From contig OZ242318.1 in NCBI GenBank assembly GCA_965208105.1, positions 4,672,001-4,736,000 on the forward strand: a DNA stretch of 64,000 nt. Direction: 5' to 3'. Of this stretch, positions 27,286 to 41,006 are shown piece after piece. The DNA is from Candidatus Latescibacterota bacterium. GTDB lineage: Bacteria > Latescibacterota > UBA2968 > UBA8231. A model generated the notes under the pieces. That model saw only the letters and a program-made list of their open reading frames with translations, did no database searches and was not told where the DNA came from. Position 1 is the stretch's first letter, and every line of letters starts with the position of its first letter. A program made the translations under genes and the position numbers.

Positions 27286-28743
27286 GTGCAACTATCACCA
27301 AATTCCCACATTCACCTCATTGCCGTCGGCGGCACTGCCATGGGAACCGTTGCCGCCATGCTCAAGGAGCGCGGCTATCGCATTACCGGATCGGACGACC
27401 ACCTCTACCCGCCGATGAGCACCTTCCTGGAGGAGGAGGGGATCGAAGTCATGGAGGGGTTTTCCGCAGGCAATTTGCATCGGGCCCCGGATCTGGTGGT
27501 TGTCGGGAACGCGGTTTCGCGTGGCAACCCGGAGGTGGAGGAAACTCTGAATCGCAGGATTCCCTACCTTTCAATGCCGGAGGTAGTGCGCGATTTCTTC
27601 ATCCGCGAAAAGCGCTCCGTGGTAATTGCGGGGACCCACGGCAAGACCACCACCACCGCCCTCAGTGCCCATCTCCTGTCCAGCGCCGGGCTCGACCCAT
27701 CCTTCCTGATCGGGGGCGTTGCCCGCAATTTTCACCGGTCCTACCACCTCGGCAAAGGGGCCTTCTTCATCGTCGAAGGCGACGAGTACGATAGTGCTTT
27801 CTTCGCCAAGACTGCAAAATTCTTCTTCTACCTGCCCGAAGTGCTCGTGGTCAACAATATCGAATTCGACCACGCCGATATCTATGCCAATCTATCCGAA
27901 ATCGAAAAGGCTTTCCGCCAGCTCATCAACCTGGTCCCGCAGAACGGCCTTATACTGGCTAATGGCGATGATCCCGTAGTGGCCGCTTTGGTCCCGGCTT
28001 CCCTTGCGCCGGTGCAGACCTTCGGCTTTGGGGATGGAGCATTCTGGAAGGCGGGCCAGATCGAGGTCGCCGGAGAGATGGTCCGCTTCACCGTTAGCCG
28101 GCAGGGTGAGCGATGGGAGGATTTCGAGCTCCGAATGAGCGGCGCCCACAATGTGCGCAATGCTCTGGCCGCCATCGGCGTAGGGGTTCAAGCCGGCCTC
28201 TCCGCCGATCAATTGCGCGACGGGCTGCGCACTTTCAAAGGCGTCCTGCGCCGCCAGCAAATCGTGGGGGAGGTCGACGGAATCGTTCTCATAGATGATT
28301 TTGCCCACCATCCCACGGCTGTCGCCCACACGCTTGAGGGCGTGCGCCTGAGCTACGCGGGTGCCCGGGTCTGGGCGGTTTTCGAGCCGGCCAGCGCCAC
28401 CAACGCCCGGGCCACCTTCACCGACCGCTACGTCGAGGCATTCGCCGCGGCCGATTTCTTTATCATCGCCAAGGTACCGCGTCCCGACCGCGCCTCCCCG
28501 GACGCTCCAATGGATCCCCACCGCCTTGCCGCGCTGATTCGTGGGCAAGGCAGGACAGCTCACTACATTCCCGAAGTCCCCCGGATTATCGACCGCCTTC
28601 TGGGCGCTCTCCGCCCCGGGGATGTGGTTGTCTTCATGAGCAATGCCGGCTTCGGCAACGTCCAATCAAAACTGCTTGAAGCCCTGCGAGAACGCCATGA
28701 CGCCGAAACCTGTGCTCAAACCACCGGTCCTCGAGCCCGGTGA
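27286..28743 (+). CDS. mpl: Murein peptide ligase Mpl (MurC family)
   Basis: GGTAMG, YPPMSTFL, VGNAVSRGNPE, GTHGKTTT, EGDEYDSAFF, DDFAHHPTA. Confidence 0.9.
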   Translation: MQLSPNSHIHLIAVGGTAMGTVAAMLKERGYRITGSDDHLYPPMSTFLEEEGIEVMEGFSAGNLHRAPDLVVVGNAVSRGNPEVEETLNRRIPYLSMPEVVRDFFIREKRSVVIAGTHGKTTTTALSAHLLSSAGLDPSFLIGGVARNFHRSYHLGKGAFFIVEGDEYDSAFFAKTAKFFFYLPEVLVVNNIEFDHADIYANLSEIEKAFRQLINLVPQNGLILANGDDPVVAALVPASLAPVQTFGFGDGAFWKAGQIEVAGEMVRFTVSRQGERWEDFELRMSGAHNVRNALAAIGVGVQAGLSADQLRDGLRTFKGVLRRQQIVGEVDGIVLIDDFAHHPTAVAHTLEGVRLSYAGARVWAVFEPASATNARATFTDRYVEAFAAADFFIIAKVPRPDRASPDAPMDPHRLAALIRGQGRTAHYIPEVPRIIDRLLGALRPGDVVVFMSNAGFGNVQSKLLEALRERHDAETCAQTTGPRAR

Positions 28744-29656
28744 CCAGATCGCCCTGGTTGCGCCTTCGGGAAGTCCTCCCCCCGCGGCCTTGAGGGAAAG
28801 CACCGCCTATCTGCAACAGTGCGGCTACAGGGTCAAGCCGGGGAGCCATCTCTTCGAATCCTACAAGTACCTGGCCGGACGCGATGAAGAGCGCGTTGCC
28901 GATCTTATGGAAGCCTTTTCCAATGCCCGTACCCGGGCCATATTCTGTGCCCGGGGAGGCTATGGCTGCAGTCGCCTGCTCGACCGGCTCGACTACGGCG
29001 TAATCGCCGGCAACCCCAAAATCCTCCTGGGCCACAGTGACACTACCGCTCTGCACCTTGCCCTCTACGCCCGCATCGGGCTGGTGGGCTTCACAGGTGC
29101 TCTGGCCACTCTGGACCTTCGCCCCGGGCCCCGGACCTCCTTCACCCAGGGGTCTTTGTGGCGCGCCCTGACCAGCACGGATCCGCTTGGCGCTCTTCCC
29201 GCCGACTCAATGCAAGTCCTGGCGCCGGGGCGGGCGTGCGGCCCTCTGCTGGGAGGCTGCCTCTCCCTGCTCTGCAGCCTTTTGGGCACCCCCTTCCTGC
29301 CCGATTTCAAGGGGGCAATTCTCCTGCTGGAAGATGTGGGAGAGAGACCTTACCGGATAGACCGCATGCTCAACCAGCTGCGCCTTGCCGGGATTCTGAG
29401 CCAGGTCAGCGGCATCGTCCTGGGGCAGTTCAGGGACTGTTTCACCGGTCCCAGGAAGGCCTGTTCTTTGACGCTTGCACAGATCGTCGAGGACTTGGCC
29501 CGGGACCTCCATATCCCAATTGTCGCCGGCTTTCCCTATGGCCACTTCAAGCGCCGTTTCGTCCTCCCCCTCGGAGTCTCGGCCATTTTGGACACAAGTG
29601 TTCCGGGACTGCACCTCACCGAGGCGGCCCTCGAATCCAGGGAAGGCCATTCATGA
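28697..29656 (+). CDS. ldcA: LD-carboxypeptidase (S66)
   Basis: ARGGYG, GHSDTT (Ser), LLEDVGE (Glu), YGHF (His); adjacent to mpl. Confidence 0.9.
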   Translation: MTPKPVLKPPVLEPGDQIALVAPSGSPPPAALRESTAYLQQCGYRVKPGSHLFESYKYLAGRDEERVADLMEAFSNARTRAIFCARGGYGCSRLLDRLDYGVIAGNPKILLGHSDTTALHLALYARIGLVGFTGALATLDLRPGPRTSFTQGSLWRALTSTDPLGALPADSMQVLAPGRACGPLLGGCLSLLCSLLGTPFLPDFKGAILLLEDVGERPYRIDRMLNQLRLAGILSQVSGIVLGQFRDCFTGPRKACSLTLAQIVEDLARDLHIPIVAGFPYGHFKRRFVLPLGVSAILDTSVPGLHLTEAALESREGHS

Positions 29657-29877
29657 GGATGGAGGGGTTCGCCTTCACTGCGACAATCTCCGGGTTTCCG
29701 GGTGTGATCGATGCCTCGGGAAACTGCGGAGCGAATGAGGTGCCGGTCACAGGCCTGATGGTGCAGAAATTTCTGCCTGTGGTGGACACCGGGGCCTGGC
29801 CGAATAATTTTTTCGAAGGGGGAAATTTCGGCGATGCGGCGGTGCTGGATTTTCAGCGGATGTCCGTCCTTGACTAA
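29653..29877 (+). CDS. Possible 74-aa hypothetical protein
   Basis: ATG overlaps the ldcA stop (ATGA); no recognisable motif. Confidence 0.3.
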   Translation: MRMEGFAFTATISGFPGVIDASGNCGANEVPVTGLMVQKFLPVVDTGAWPNNFFEGGNFGDAAVLDFQRMSVLD

Positions 29878-30070
29878 TTTGCCTGTTGGGCAGTGTATCT
29901 ATACCCGATCCTTCTCACCACATCCCCATTCAGCTGGTCGGAAAGGGAGAACGAGATGTTGAGCGCAGGTCGAATCCCCGCTTGCAACCTCGAGGGCTGC
30001 AACGATAGACCGGGAAGGGACAGTGCTCCTGAATGGTCCCCCCTGCTGGTGCAGTGGCGGCGGTGAATCC

Positions 30071-31339
30071 ATGCCGATGAGGTCGGTGGTTTCGGCGCAG
30101 TTGCGCGAGTATTTGAGGAGCAACCAGGACGGGCTGGTTTCCCTGCTGAAAAGCCTGGTCGGCATCCCCACAATCAATCCTCCCGGGCAGTGCTACGGAC
30201 AGATGGTGAAGGTGCTGCAAAACCGCTGCCGGCAGCTGGGAATGAAAGTGAAGGTCCACCGGGTCCCCGACGGGCTTGTCCGCGATGTGGCAGGTGTGGG
30301 GCCGGAGTTTCCCAGGTACAACCTGATCGCGCGCTGGGATGTGGGTGCACCCAGGACCGTGCACTTCAATGCACATTACGACGTAGTGCCGGCGGCCGGA
30401 AGCTGGAAACTCGGTGGCCCATTTACTCCTGTTGAGCGCAACGGCGAGGTCTATGGCCGTGGGACGGGGGACATGAAAGGCTCGATCGCTGCCTTGCTGA
30501 TGGCCGTGGAAGCCCTGCGCCACAATCGCCTGTCGCCCGCATTCAACGTCGAGTACTCGTTTACTGCCGACGAAGAAACGGGAGGGGAATTGGGCGCCGG
30601 ATTCATCGTGCGCCAGGGCCTGATCGACGCTGATTACGCCGTGGTCTGCGAAGGTGCGGCGGGCAGCCGGATCGGCTGCGGTCACAACGGTGTTTTGTGG
30701 CTTGTCGTGGAACTGGAAGGGAGGTCGGCGCACGCGTCCAGTCCCCGAAAAGGCATCAATGCCTTCGAGGCAATGGCGGCAATGGTCTCTCATTTGCAGG
30801 GGTACAAAAGAGAGCTGCTCGCCCGGGGGAGTCGTTACCGCGATTTCGACGGGAAGGAGTGCCGCCCTACCATCAACATCGGGGGTGTGTTTGGTGGAGG
30901 CGACGGGGACAAGGTGAATACTGTTCCGGAGCGGTCATGGTTCTCCATCGATCGCCGCATTTTGCCCAATGAGGACCTCCACCTCGTCGAACGGGAATTG
31001 CGCGATGTCCTCGGTCGGGCGGCCCAGAAGCATGCCAAGGTCAAGGTCGAGATCAGGGCTCCTCTGCGCATTGCACCTTGCGTGGTCGATCCCCGCCATG
31101 TCCTGCCCCGGACTTTTGCGCTGACCGCCCAGAGCGTGCGGCGCAGGCCGGCGGAATTCGGGACGACGAGGGGATTTACCGATCTCCACTATTTTGTCGA
31201 GGAGGGCGGGTTGCCGGGGATCGGCTACGGGGTCAAGGGTGAGCAGGGCCACGGCGTGGACGAGCGCGTCGCCGTCCGCGATGTACTGCAGACGGGCAGG
31301 ACATATGCCGAGTTCATGGTCAAGGGGATCCAGGTCTGA
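30071..31339 (+). CDS. M20 metallopeptidase, ArgE/DapE family
   Basis: HFNAHYDVVP, GRGTGDMKG, ADEETGG, GRSAHAS, HGVDE. Confidence 0.88.
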   Translation: MPMRSVVSAQLREYLRSNQDGLVSLLKSLVGIPTINPPGQCYGQMVKVLQNRCRQLGMKVKVHRVPDGLVRDVAGVGPEFPRYNLIARWDVGAPRTVHFNAHYDVVPAAGSWKLGGPFTPVERNGEVYGRGTGDMKGSIAALLMAVEALRHNRLSPAFNVEYSFTADEETGGELGAGFIVRQGLIDADYAVVCEGAAGSRIGCGHNGVLWLVVELEGRSAHASSPRKGINAFEAMAAMVSHLQGYKRELLARGSRYRDFDGKECRPTINIGGVFGGGDGDKVNTVPERSWFSIDRRILPNEDLHLVERELRDVLGRAAQKHAKVKVEIRAPLRIAPCVVDPRHVLPRTFALTAQSVRRRPAEFGTTRGFTDLHYFVEEGGLPGIGYGVKGEQGHGVDERVAVRDVLQTGRTYAEFMVKGIQV

Positions 31340-31355
31340 TGAGAGAGGAATAATC

Positions 31356-32924
31356 GTGGATCTCGTCAAGTTGGTGAGCGCCGGGGAGATGGCGGCAATC
31401 GACCTCCGCAGCATCGAAGAAGGGGGCATTCCAGCAACCGAGCTGATGGAGCGCGCCGGCCGCGGGGTATATGAGATCATCCAGGAAGAATGGGACGGCC
31501 TCGACGGTCTGGACCTGGCAGTGGTCTGCGGCAAGGGCAACAACGGCGGTGATGGATTCGTCGCTGCGAGGTTGCTGCACCAGGCCGGGGTGACCCAGCG
31601 CATCTTTCTGGCCGCCGAAAAAGGGGAGATCGGCAGGGATGCGGCACACCACCTTGAACTCCTCGAATCAGCGGGTGCCCAGGTCGAAAGGCTCCGGGAC
31701 CCAGGGGATTTCAAGCGGTTCGAGGTTGCTCTGAAGGCCTCGGATCTGGTGGTTGATGCCCTCCTGGGCACGGGTATCCGTGGCGCACCCAGGCCGGAGC
31801 TGGAACGAATCATCGATCTGATCGGGGCGTGTGGCTCCCCCGTAGTAGCCGTGGACCTGCCTTCCGGCCTGGATGCCGATACAGGTCAGATCCACGGGGC
31901 ATGCGTCAATGCAACTCTGACCGCCACGTTTGGACTGCCCAAGATCGGCCAGATGTTCTTTCCCGGCCGGTCCCGTTGCGGTGTGCTGCGGCTCGTGGAC
32001 ATAGGTTTCCCCACCGAGGTGCTGGCCAGCAGTCCTGCCACCGCCTGCCTGTTGACCGAGGAAAGAATGGGCATGCTCGTTCCCCAGCGGCCTGGCGATG
32101 CGCACAAGGGTCGCTGTGGCGCCGTCGCGGTTGTGGCAGGCTCGGCAGGCATGACCGGTGCTGCGGCGCTTACGGCGGAAAGCGCCCTGCGTTCCGGTGC
32201 CGGCCGCGTAAGCCTCGGAACCCCGGCAAGTCTCAACGACATTCTCGAGGTCAAGCTCACCGAGGTGATGACCCGGCCCCTGCCGGAGGTCAGGAAGCAT
32301 CGCTGCCTTGCCCTGCGCGCCCTGGGAGAGCTGCTGCGCCTGTTCCCGCGCTGCGACTGCGTGGCCATGGGTCCCGGGCTGGGCAGGCACCGGGAGACCA
32401 TGGAGCTGGTGCGCCGCCTGGTTCCCCGGGCCGGGCGGCCGGTGGTGCTGGACGCCGACGGGCTCAATGCATTCGCCGGTGCGACCGATAAGTTGAAGGG
32501 CGTGGATCACCCGCTGATCTTGACACCGCACATAGGAGAATTCACCCGGCTCTCGGAGCTGTCCAAGGAGGAAATCCTCGAGGATCCCATGGGGAGGGCG
32601 CGGCGGTTTGCACTGGACTTCGGTCTTACCCTGGTCCTCAAGGGCGCTCCTACGGTGATCGCCACCTCCAGCGGTAAGGTCCTGGTGAACCCCAGCGGCA
32701 ACGCCGGGATGGCTACCGCAGGTTCGGGGGATGTGCTGACGGGTCTCATCGCCGGGTTCCTCGCCCAGGGGCTGGCCCCCGAGGAGGCGGCCTGTCTCGG
32801 AGTCTACATTCACGGTCGTGCCGGAGATGCGGCCTGCGATAAGATCGGCGAGTGGGGGATGACAGCCGGGGATATTGCCTCGAAGATTCCAGGGGCGGTC
32901 CTCGACACCTACCGCGCTACTTGA
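31356..32924 (+). CDS. nnr: Bifunctional NAD(P)H-hydrate epimerase/dehydratase
   Basis: GTG after GAGG; LMERAG, CGKGNNGGDG, VDALLGTG, DLPSG, LTPHIGE, MATAGSGDVL. Confidence 0.92.
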   Translation: MDLVKLVSAGEMAAIDLRSIEEGGIPATELMERAGRGVYEIIQEEWDGLDGLDLAVVCGKGNNGGDGFVAARLLHQAGVTQRIFLAAEKGEIGRDAAHHLELLESAGAQVERLRDPGDFKRFEVALKASDLVVDALLGTGIRGAPRPELERIIDLIGACGSPVVAVDLPSGLDADTGQIHGACVNATLTATFGLPKIGQMFFPGRSRCGVLRLVDIGFPTEVLASSPATACLLTEERMGMLVPQRPGDAHKGRCGAVAVVAGSAGMTGAAALTAESALRSGAGRVSLGTPASLNDILEVKLTEVMTRPLPEVRKHRCLALRALGELLRLFPRCDCVAMGPGLGRHRETMELVRRLVPRAGRPVVLDADGLNAFAGATDKLKGVDHPLILTPHIGEFTRLSELSKEEILEDPMGRARRFALDFGLTLVLKGAPTVIATSSGKVLVNPSGNAGMATAGSGDVLTGLIAGFLAQGLAPEEAACLGVYIHGRAGDAACDKIGEWGMTAGDIASKIPGAVLDTYRAT

Positions 32925-32949
32925 CAGGGTTGCCCGGATGGCGTAATGT
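32921..32949 (+). promoter_or_regulatory. Sigma70-type promoter for the 33031 gene
   Basis: TTGACA-N17-TAATGT. Confidence 0.65.
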
Positions 32950-33030
32950 AAACCAATTCGGCCCGCGAGGGCATCGCGAAGCCGCGCCGTAAGGAATTTT
33001 GCACGCAGATCCCTAACAGAGAACCACGGA

Positions 33031-33549
33031 ATGTCAAGCGTTAAGGAAGCCATCGAGGCCATGATCGAAGCCTCCTACCTCCAGGGTTTGTCCGAGGAGG
33101 AAATCCGCCGGGACTTCGATCATTTCATCGACACCTGCCGTGGGGTGGTACAGGCCAACGTCCGTGACGAGGAAGCGGTCAGCAACCTTTCGCAGAGCCT
33201 TGCCCGGGAGAAAGATTGTATCCCCATCGGCGATCAAATCGAAGCCGCCGGCCCCGGTGGGAAAATCCGGGAGGAAGGCGAATGCAAATCGGCGCACGAG
33301 CGCTTCGCCGAGAAGGTGGCCTATCGCAAGAGAGTGGTCCTCAAGAAGCTGGCAGGCTATGATCCAAAGCTGGTCAGCCTCGTGGACGAGCTGCGCTTCC
33401 AGGGTGAGCCCAGGGAAGAGCCGAGAGTGCGCATCCGGATCAGGAAGCAGCACAACTGGGAACAAACCAGGCTCCTGCTGCTCAAACTGGGATATGCCGG
33501 TGCCGTTGTCCTCGTCATCCTGCTGGTCTATCTGGGCTATGTCCAATGA
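33031..33549 (+). CDS. Hypothetical protein with a single C-terminal TM helix
   Basis: Charged helical body; hydrophobic tail LGYAGAVVLVILLVYLGY; own promoter. Confidence 0.65.
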   Translation: MSSVKEAIEAMIEASYLQGLSEEEIRRDFDHFIDTCRGVVQANVRDEEAVSNLSQSLAREKDCIPIGDQIEAAGPGGKIREEGECKSAHERFAEKVAYRKRVVLKKLAGYDPKLVSLVDELRFQGEPREEPRVRIRIRKQHNWEQTRLLLLKLGYAGAVVLVILLVYLGYVQ

Positions 33550-33710
33550 CCTCGAGGAGTAGATGGATTCTTCTCCTGCGAAAAAGTTCATCCCTGCCCC
33601 CCTTGTCCCGACCATCCCGCTCCTCTTCTTCAGCATTCCAGGAAAACTATCCCCGATGAATGGAGATGTGCTCCGGTGCGTCTCTTTTTTTGCGTCTGTC
33701 CCTCAGAGGT

Positions 33711-36932
<3,222 letters not shown>

Positions 36933-37149
36933 TGTCCCGTCGCAGAAATATGTCGCCATTATTCCGCCGATCCATCCCGGCTCACGGCGTTGCCTTCACT
37001 CGCCGCACACCTCTGGTACGACTCGCCCCGGCGCCTTGTGGGTCTGGCGCCTCGGCGGCCCAATTTCGCCAACCTATCTCTGCGAGGGGACACTAGGAAC
37101 GGAGTGACGAGGTCGGAGGCTCGTCGGCCGGCCTCGAGCGGAGATCCCC

Positions 37150-40100
37150 ATGCTTATCTTGCGCCTCATTCTTCTTCTCACCTTGTCGTCATTTGCTGCC
37201 TGCGTCTATTTCAACACCTACTACAACGCCCGAAAACACTTTCACCAGGCAGAAAAGCTGCGCCAGGAACACGAGCAGAAACAGCTTGGCATAGCCGAGG
37301 AGCAGCGCCGGCCCTCGGCTGCGGCCAACAGGTTGTACGACCAGGCCGCGCGCAAGTCGTCGAGGATCCTGGAGCAGCACAAGGACAGCGACCTGGTCGA
37401 CGACGCAATGTTCCTCCTGGGACGGGCGTTTTACTGGCAGGGGGACTATCTCAGCGCTGCCCGCACCTTCGAGGAACTCGAAAGCAATTTCCCCGACGGC
37501 CCTTTTCTCGACCGCGCCCGCTACTGGCGCGGGCTTTGCTATGAGGGCCAGCGGACAAAGTCCGAGGCCAGGTCAATATACCGCACCCTGATGAGCGTGG
37601 GGAGTGGAGAGTTGGCCTCGAAAGCGGGGTACAGGCTGGGCGAAATGGCGTTCTCCGAGGAGAACTATGCCGCTGCCATCCAGGAATACCAGGAAACCCT
37701 GGAGGCCTTTCCCAAAGCGGAGATAAGGTCGGCGTTGTGGCTGCGCCTGGGAGAGGCGATTTTCGCCCTCGGTGACTCTACGCGCTACGGGGAAGCCCTC
37801 TCCGCCTTCGGCGAGGTGCGCAATGAAAGCCCCTCGAAGCTCGAAGACTACCAGGCGCGTTTGATCAGCGGCCGGGTTCTATATGCCCTGGGGAAGGAGG
37901 AGGAGGCCCTTCGCGCCTACGAGAAACTCCTCAAGGAAGGACGCTTTCGGCCCTTCGAGGGGCAGACCCGGTTGCAGATCGGGCAGCATTACCTCGACCT
38001 TGACCTCGTGGATGAAGCTTTGGGCGAGTTCGAGCAGGTGCGCGACGACTTTCCCAACAGCACTTCCTCGGCTATGGCGCTATACCGCACCGCTCAGGTC
38101 CAACTGCAGGAATATGGAAATCTGGAGCAGGCGCGCGAGTATCTGCTGGAGGTGGGACGGGAGAAAAGGGACTCCGAGGCTGCCGTCCTGGCGAAGGAGA
38201 CAACGGCCTACATGACCCAGTTGGACCGCCTGGTCTACCGCGTTCACAGGGCGGATTCACTTCTGGCCGACTCTCTTGCCACCCTGGCGGATTCCCTTGC
38301 GCGGGGAGCCGAGGCGGCCGCGGGCGACTCGGTGGTGGATGCGCCCCGGGATAGCATGGCAATCACCGTGGGCAAGGCGCCTCCACCGGACTCTCTCCTG
38401 GCGGAGGATTCGGGCCACGCCGGGCCCGGGACGGCCGCGCCCGAACTGGAAGCAGCCGGTCCGCCTCCTGCAGGAGGGAGGACAGCCGGCTCCCGGGAGG
38501 GGGCCGCCGCCGGGCCGGATGCCGAAGGAAAATCGCCCGACTGGTTCTTCAAGAAAGGCGATTCATCGATGGGGGAGTCTCCCGCCCGCACGGTGGAAAT
38601 CTTCGAGGATCTCTTCGAGATCGCCGAACTCTACCGCGGCCGTCTGGCACAGCCCGACTCCTCACTCCGCTACTACCAGGAGGTTGCCCGCCGCTTTCCC
38701 AACTCGGTTCAGTTGCCTCGCATACTCTACAGCATGGCCTGGGTTCACCTGGAGATGAAGGAGGACCTGGAAGCGGCCAGGCCCTACCTGGAGCGCCTGA
38801 TCGTGGAGTACTCCGCCTCCGACCACGCCAACGCCGCGCGCAGCTACCTGGGGTTGGAGGAATGGCAGACTGACGAAGAGAAAGCCGCAGCCCGCTTCGT
38901 CGATATCGAAGCATTGCGGATGCAAGATGCTGAAGCACTGGATCTGTACGTGCCTTTGCTCGACAGCCTGAGCCGGCAATATCCGAACGCCCCCACGGCG
39001 GCCAAGGCCGCTTTCATTGCTGCCTCCTCCTACGAAAACGCAGGTGCCGATTCCGCCGAGGCGGAGAGGCGCTACGAGCGCCTGCTCCGCGATTTCCAGG
39101 AGTCTCCTTTTGCGCGCATGGTAGAGGAACGCCGCACCGCCCGTGAGGACGGGTTCCTGATCAAATTGGAGCGCGGCCTCAAGTCCGTGGGAGGGCAACT
39201 GGGTCCCGGCGAGCACGTCGAGGCCATCGCCGTAGAACCCGATTCGCTGGATTCTGTCGCCATCGGGCGAAAATACTTCGGCTTTGCCCTGAGGGCCCAC
39301 CGCCGAGGCGACCTGGACCGCGCCGGCGAGTTCTACGAACTGAGCCTTGAAGAGCAGGGAAGGAATTCAGAGGCGCTCTACCAGTTGGGCAATATCCAGT
39401 GGGAGAGCGGATACTACCAGGATGCCCTGGACTACTACCGCAACGCGGTGCGCTTCGACATCCATTTTCTCAAGGCGCACTACCGCCTATTCTATTCCCA
39501 CACCGCCAATGGACTCGTCGATTCGGCAAATTACTATCTTCAGCAGATCATCAGGAAGGACCGGGGAAATGACCAGGTGAAGTACATCATCGAGGAATTC
39601 CCCGGCCTCAGGCAGGCACCACCCGAGGAGCTCAGCCTCGGTGCACTGGAAGAACTGGTGCTCGATCCCCCCGAGGAGAATCTGTTCGCTTCCGCGGAGG
39701 TGTTGCGGTTGCAGGAATACCCGCTGGTGCGCAAGGTGGCTCTGCCCGCCTATCCTCCATCGGCCGGAGGAGATTCGGCCCTGGTGAATCTGGACGTTCT
39801 GGTGGGCAGGGATGGCCGCTCCGAGTCCGTGGAGCTCTTCGAGGGGGATGAACCTTTTGCCGGTGCCGCCTTGGAAGCGGCGCGGAACTATCATTTCTTT
39901 CCGGCGGAGAGCATGGACAGGGTTCCCTACCAGGATGAGGAAGAGAGAAGGGTGCGGGTCTGGGTGGAGCTGGTCTTGCCATTCCATCCTCCAGAAACAA
40001 CGGCTTCGAGAAAGACCCCGCCCGCAGCTACAGAGCGGGAAGCCAAAGCGGAATCTGCCGCCGCGGCTCCTGCTTCGACGACGGGGGACCCTACCTATCC

Positions 40101-40188
40101 CGATGGGGTGGGAGAGAGCCCGGCCGCTGCTGATACCATTTCTGCGGCCGACCTCCCGGCCCCGGCGGCGGCCGAGGCGGGGGAGTGA
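37150..40188 (+). CDS. Large TPR lipoprotein with C-terminal TonB_C-like domain
   Basis: Lipobox FAAC followed by VYFNTYYNA; BamD/YfiO-like TPRs; PAYP..VNLDVLVGRDG..AALEAARNYHFFPA..VWVELVLPF. Confidence 0.75.
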   Translation: MLILRLILLLTLSSFAACVYFNTYYNARKHFHQAEKLRQEHEQKQLGIAEEQRRPSAAANRLYDQAARKSSRILEQHKDSDLVDDAMFLLGRAFYWQGDYLSAARTFEELESNFPDGPFLDRARYWRGLCYEGQRTKSEARSIYRTLMSVGSGELASKAGYRLGEMAFSEENYAAAIQEYQETLEAFPKAEIRSALWLRLGEAIFALGDSTRYGEALSAFGEVRNESPSKLEDYQARLISGRVLYALGKEEEALRAYEKLLKEGRFRPFEGQTRLQIGQHYLDLDLVDEALGEFEQVRDDFPNSTSSAMALYRTAQVQLQEYGNLEQAREYLLEVGREKRDSEAAVLAKETTAYMTQLDRLVYRVHRADSLLADSLATLADSLARGAEAAAGDSVVDAPRDSMAITVGKAPPPDSLLAEDSGHAGPGTAAPELEAAGPPPAGGRTAGSREGAAAGPDAEGKSPDWFFKKGDSSMGESPARTVEIFEDLFEIAELYRGRLAQPDSSLRYYQEVARRFPNSVQLPRILYSMAWVHLEMKEDLEAARPYLERLIVEYSASDHANAARSYLGLEEWQTDEEKAAARFVDIEALRMQDAEALDLYVPLLDSLSRQYPNAPTAAKAAFIAASSYENAGADSAEAERRYERLLRDFQESPFARMVEERRTAREDGFLIKLERGLKSVGGQLGPGEHVEAIAVEPDSLDSVAIGRKYFGFALRAHRRGDLDRAGEFYELSLEEQGRNSEALYQLGNIQWESGYYQDALDYYRNAVRFDIHFLKAHYRLFYSHTANGLVDSANYYLQQIIRKDRGNDQVKYIIEEFPGLRQAPPEELSLGALEELVLDPPEENLFASAEVLRLQEYPLVRKVALPAYPPSAGGDSALVNLDVLVGRDGRSESVELFEGDEPFAGAALEAARNYHFFPAESMDRVPYQDEEERRVRVWVELVLPFHPPETTASRKTPPAATEREAKAESAAAAPASTTGDPTYPDGVGESPAAADTISAADLPAPAAAEAGE

Positions 40189-41006
40189 GCATGTTTCCCA
40201 TGCAGGACGCAAGCGGCACCCTGCTATCCAATACCGAGGTGGCCGAGGACTTTTACCTGGCCCGCCTGCACCTGCCGCCCCTGGCCGCCGCAGTCGTTCC
40301 GGGGCAGTTCGTGCAGGTGAGGGTCAGTTCCCGTCTGTCGCCTTTTTTGCGCATTCCCCTGAGTGTAGGCGGAGTCGACCGCAGCCAAGGCAACGTGGAC
40401 CTGCTCTACGAGGATATGGGTCCCAAGAGCAGGGCCCTGAGCCGGATAGGTGCCGGCAGCGAGGTGGGCTGTCTGGGACCTCTTGGACGCGGGTTCCCGG
40501 CGCCCACGGATGGGTGCCGCGCCGTGCTCGTGGCAGGGGGAATCGGCGTGCCTCCCCTGCTTTTCCTGGGCTCGGAGCTGCGCGCAAGGAACATTCCCGT
40601 TTCGCTGCTCGTCGGTGCGCGCTCGGCCTCCAGGCACCTTCCAGACGCCATGCTGGAGGCGGCCGCCCATGAGGTGGCCACGGCGACGGACGACGGCAGC
40701 GGGGGCCACCGGGGCCTGGTCACCGATCTGTTGGAGTTCACCCTGGATGAGCACGGAGACTGCGCCGTCTATACCTGCGGGCCTCACCCCATGATGGCCG
40801 CGGTGGCCGCAATCTGCCGCGAGCGCGCCGTTGCCTGCCAGGCTTCGCTGGAGGAGTACATGGCCTGCGGTTTCGGGGTCTGCGTCGGCTGCGTGGTCGA
40901 GATGGTTCCGAGGGACGGGGAGGTGGTATCGCCCTACGAACGCTACGGGCGAATCTGCGTCGACGGCCCCGTGTTCGATGCGCTCCGGGTGCGCTGGGAG
41001 AAGTGA
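40185..41006 (+). CDS. pyrK: Dihydroorotate dehydrogenase B electron transfer subunit
   Basis: PGQFV, GPLGRGF, AGGIGVPP, TDDGS, CGP, MACGFGVCVGC...CVDGPVF. Confidence 0.92.
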   Translation: MSMFPMQDASGTLLSNTEVAEDFYLARLHLPPLAAAVVPGQFVQVRVSSRLSPFLRIPLSVGGVDRSQGNVDLLYEDMGPKSRALSRIGAGSEVGCLGPLGRGFPAPTDGCRAVLVAGGIGVPPLLFLGSELRARNIPVSLLVGARSASRHLPDAMLEAAAHEVATATDDGSGGHRGLVTDLLEFTLDEHGDCAVYTCGPHPMMAAVAAICRERAVACQASLEEYMACGFGVCVGCVVEMVPRDGEVVSPYERYGRICVDGPVFDALRVRWEK

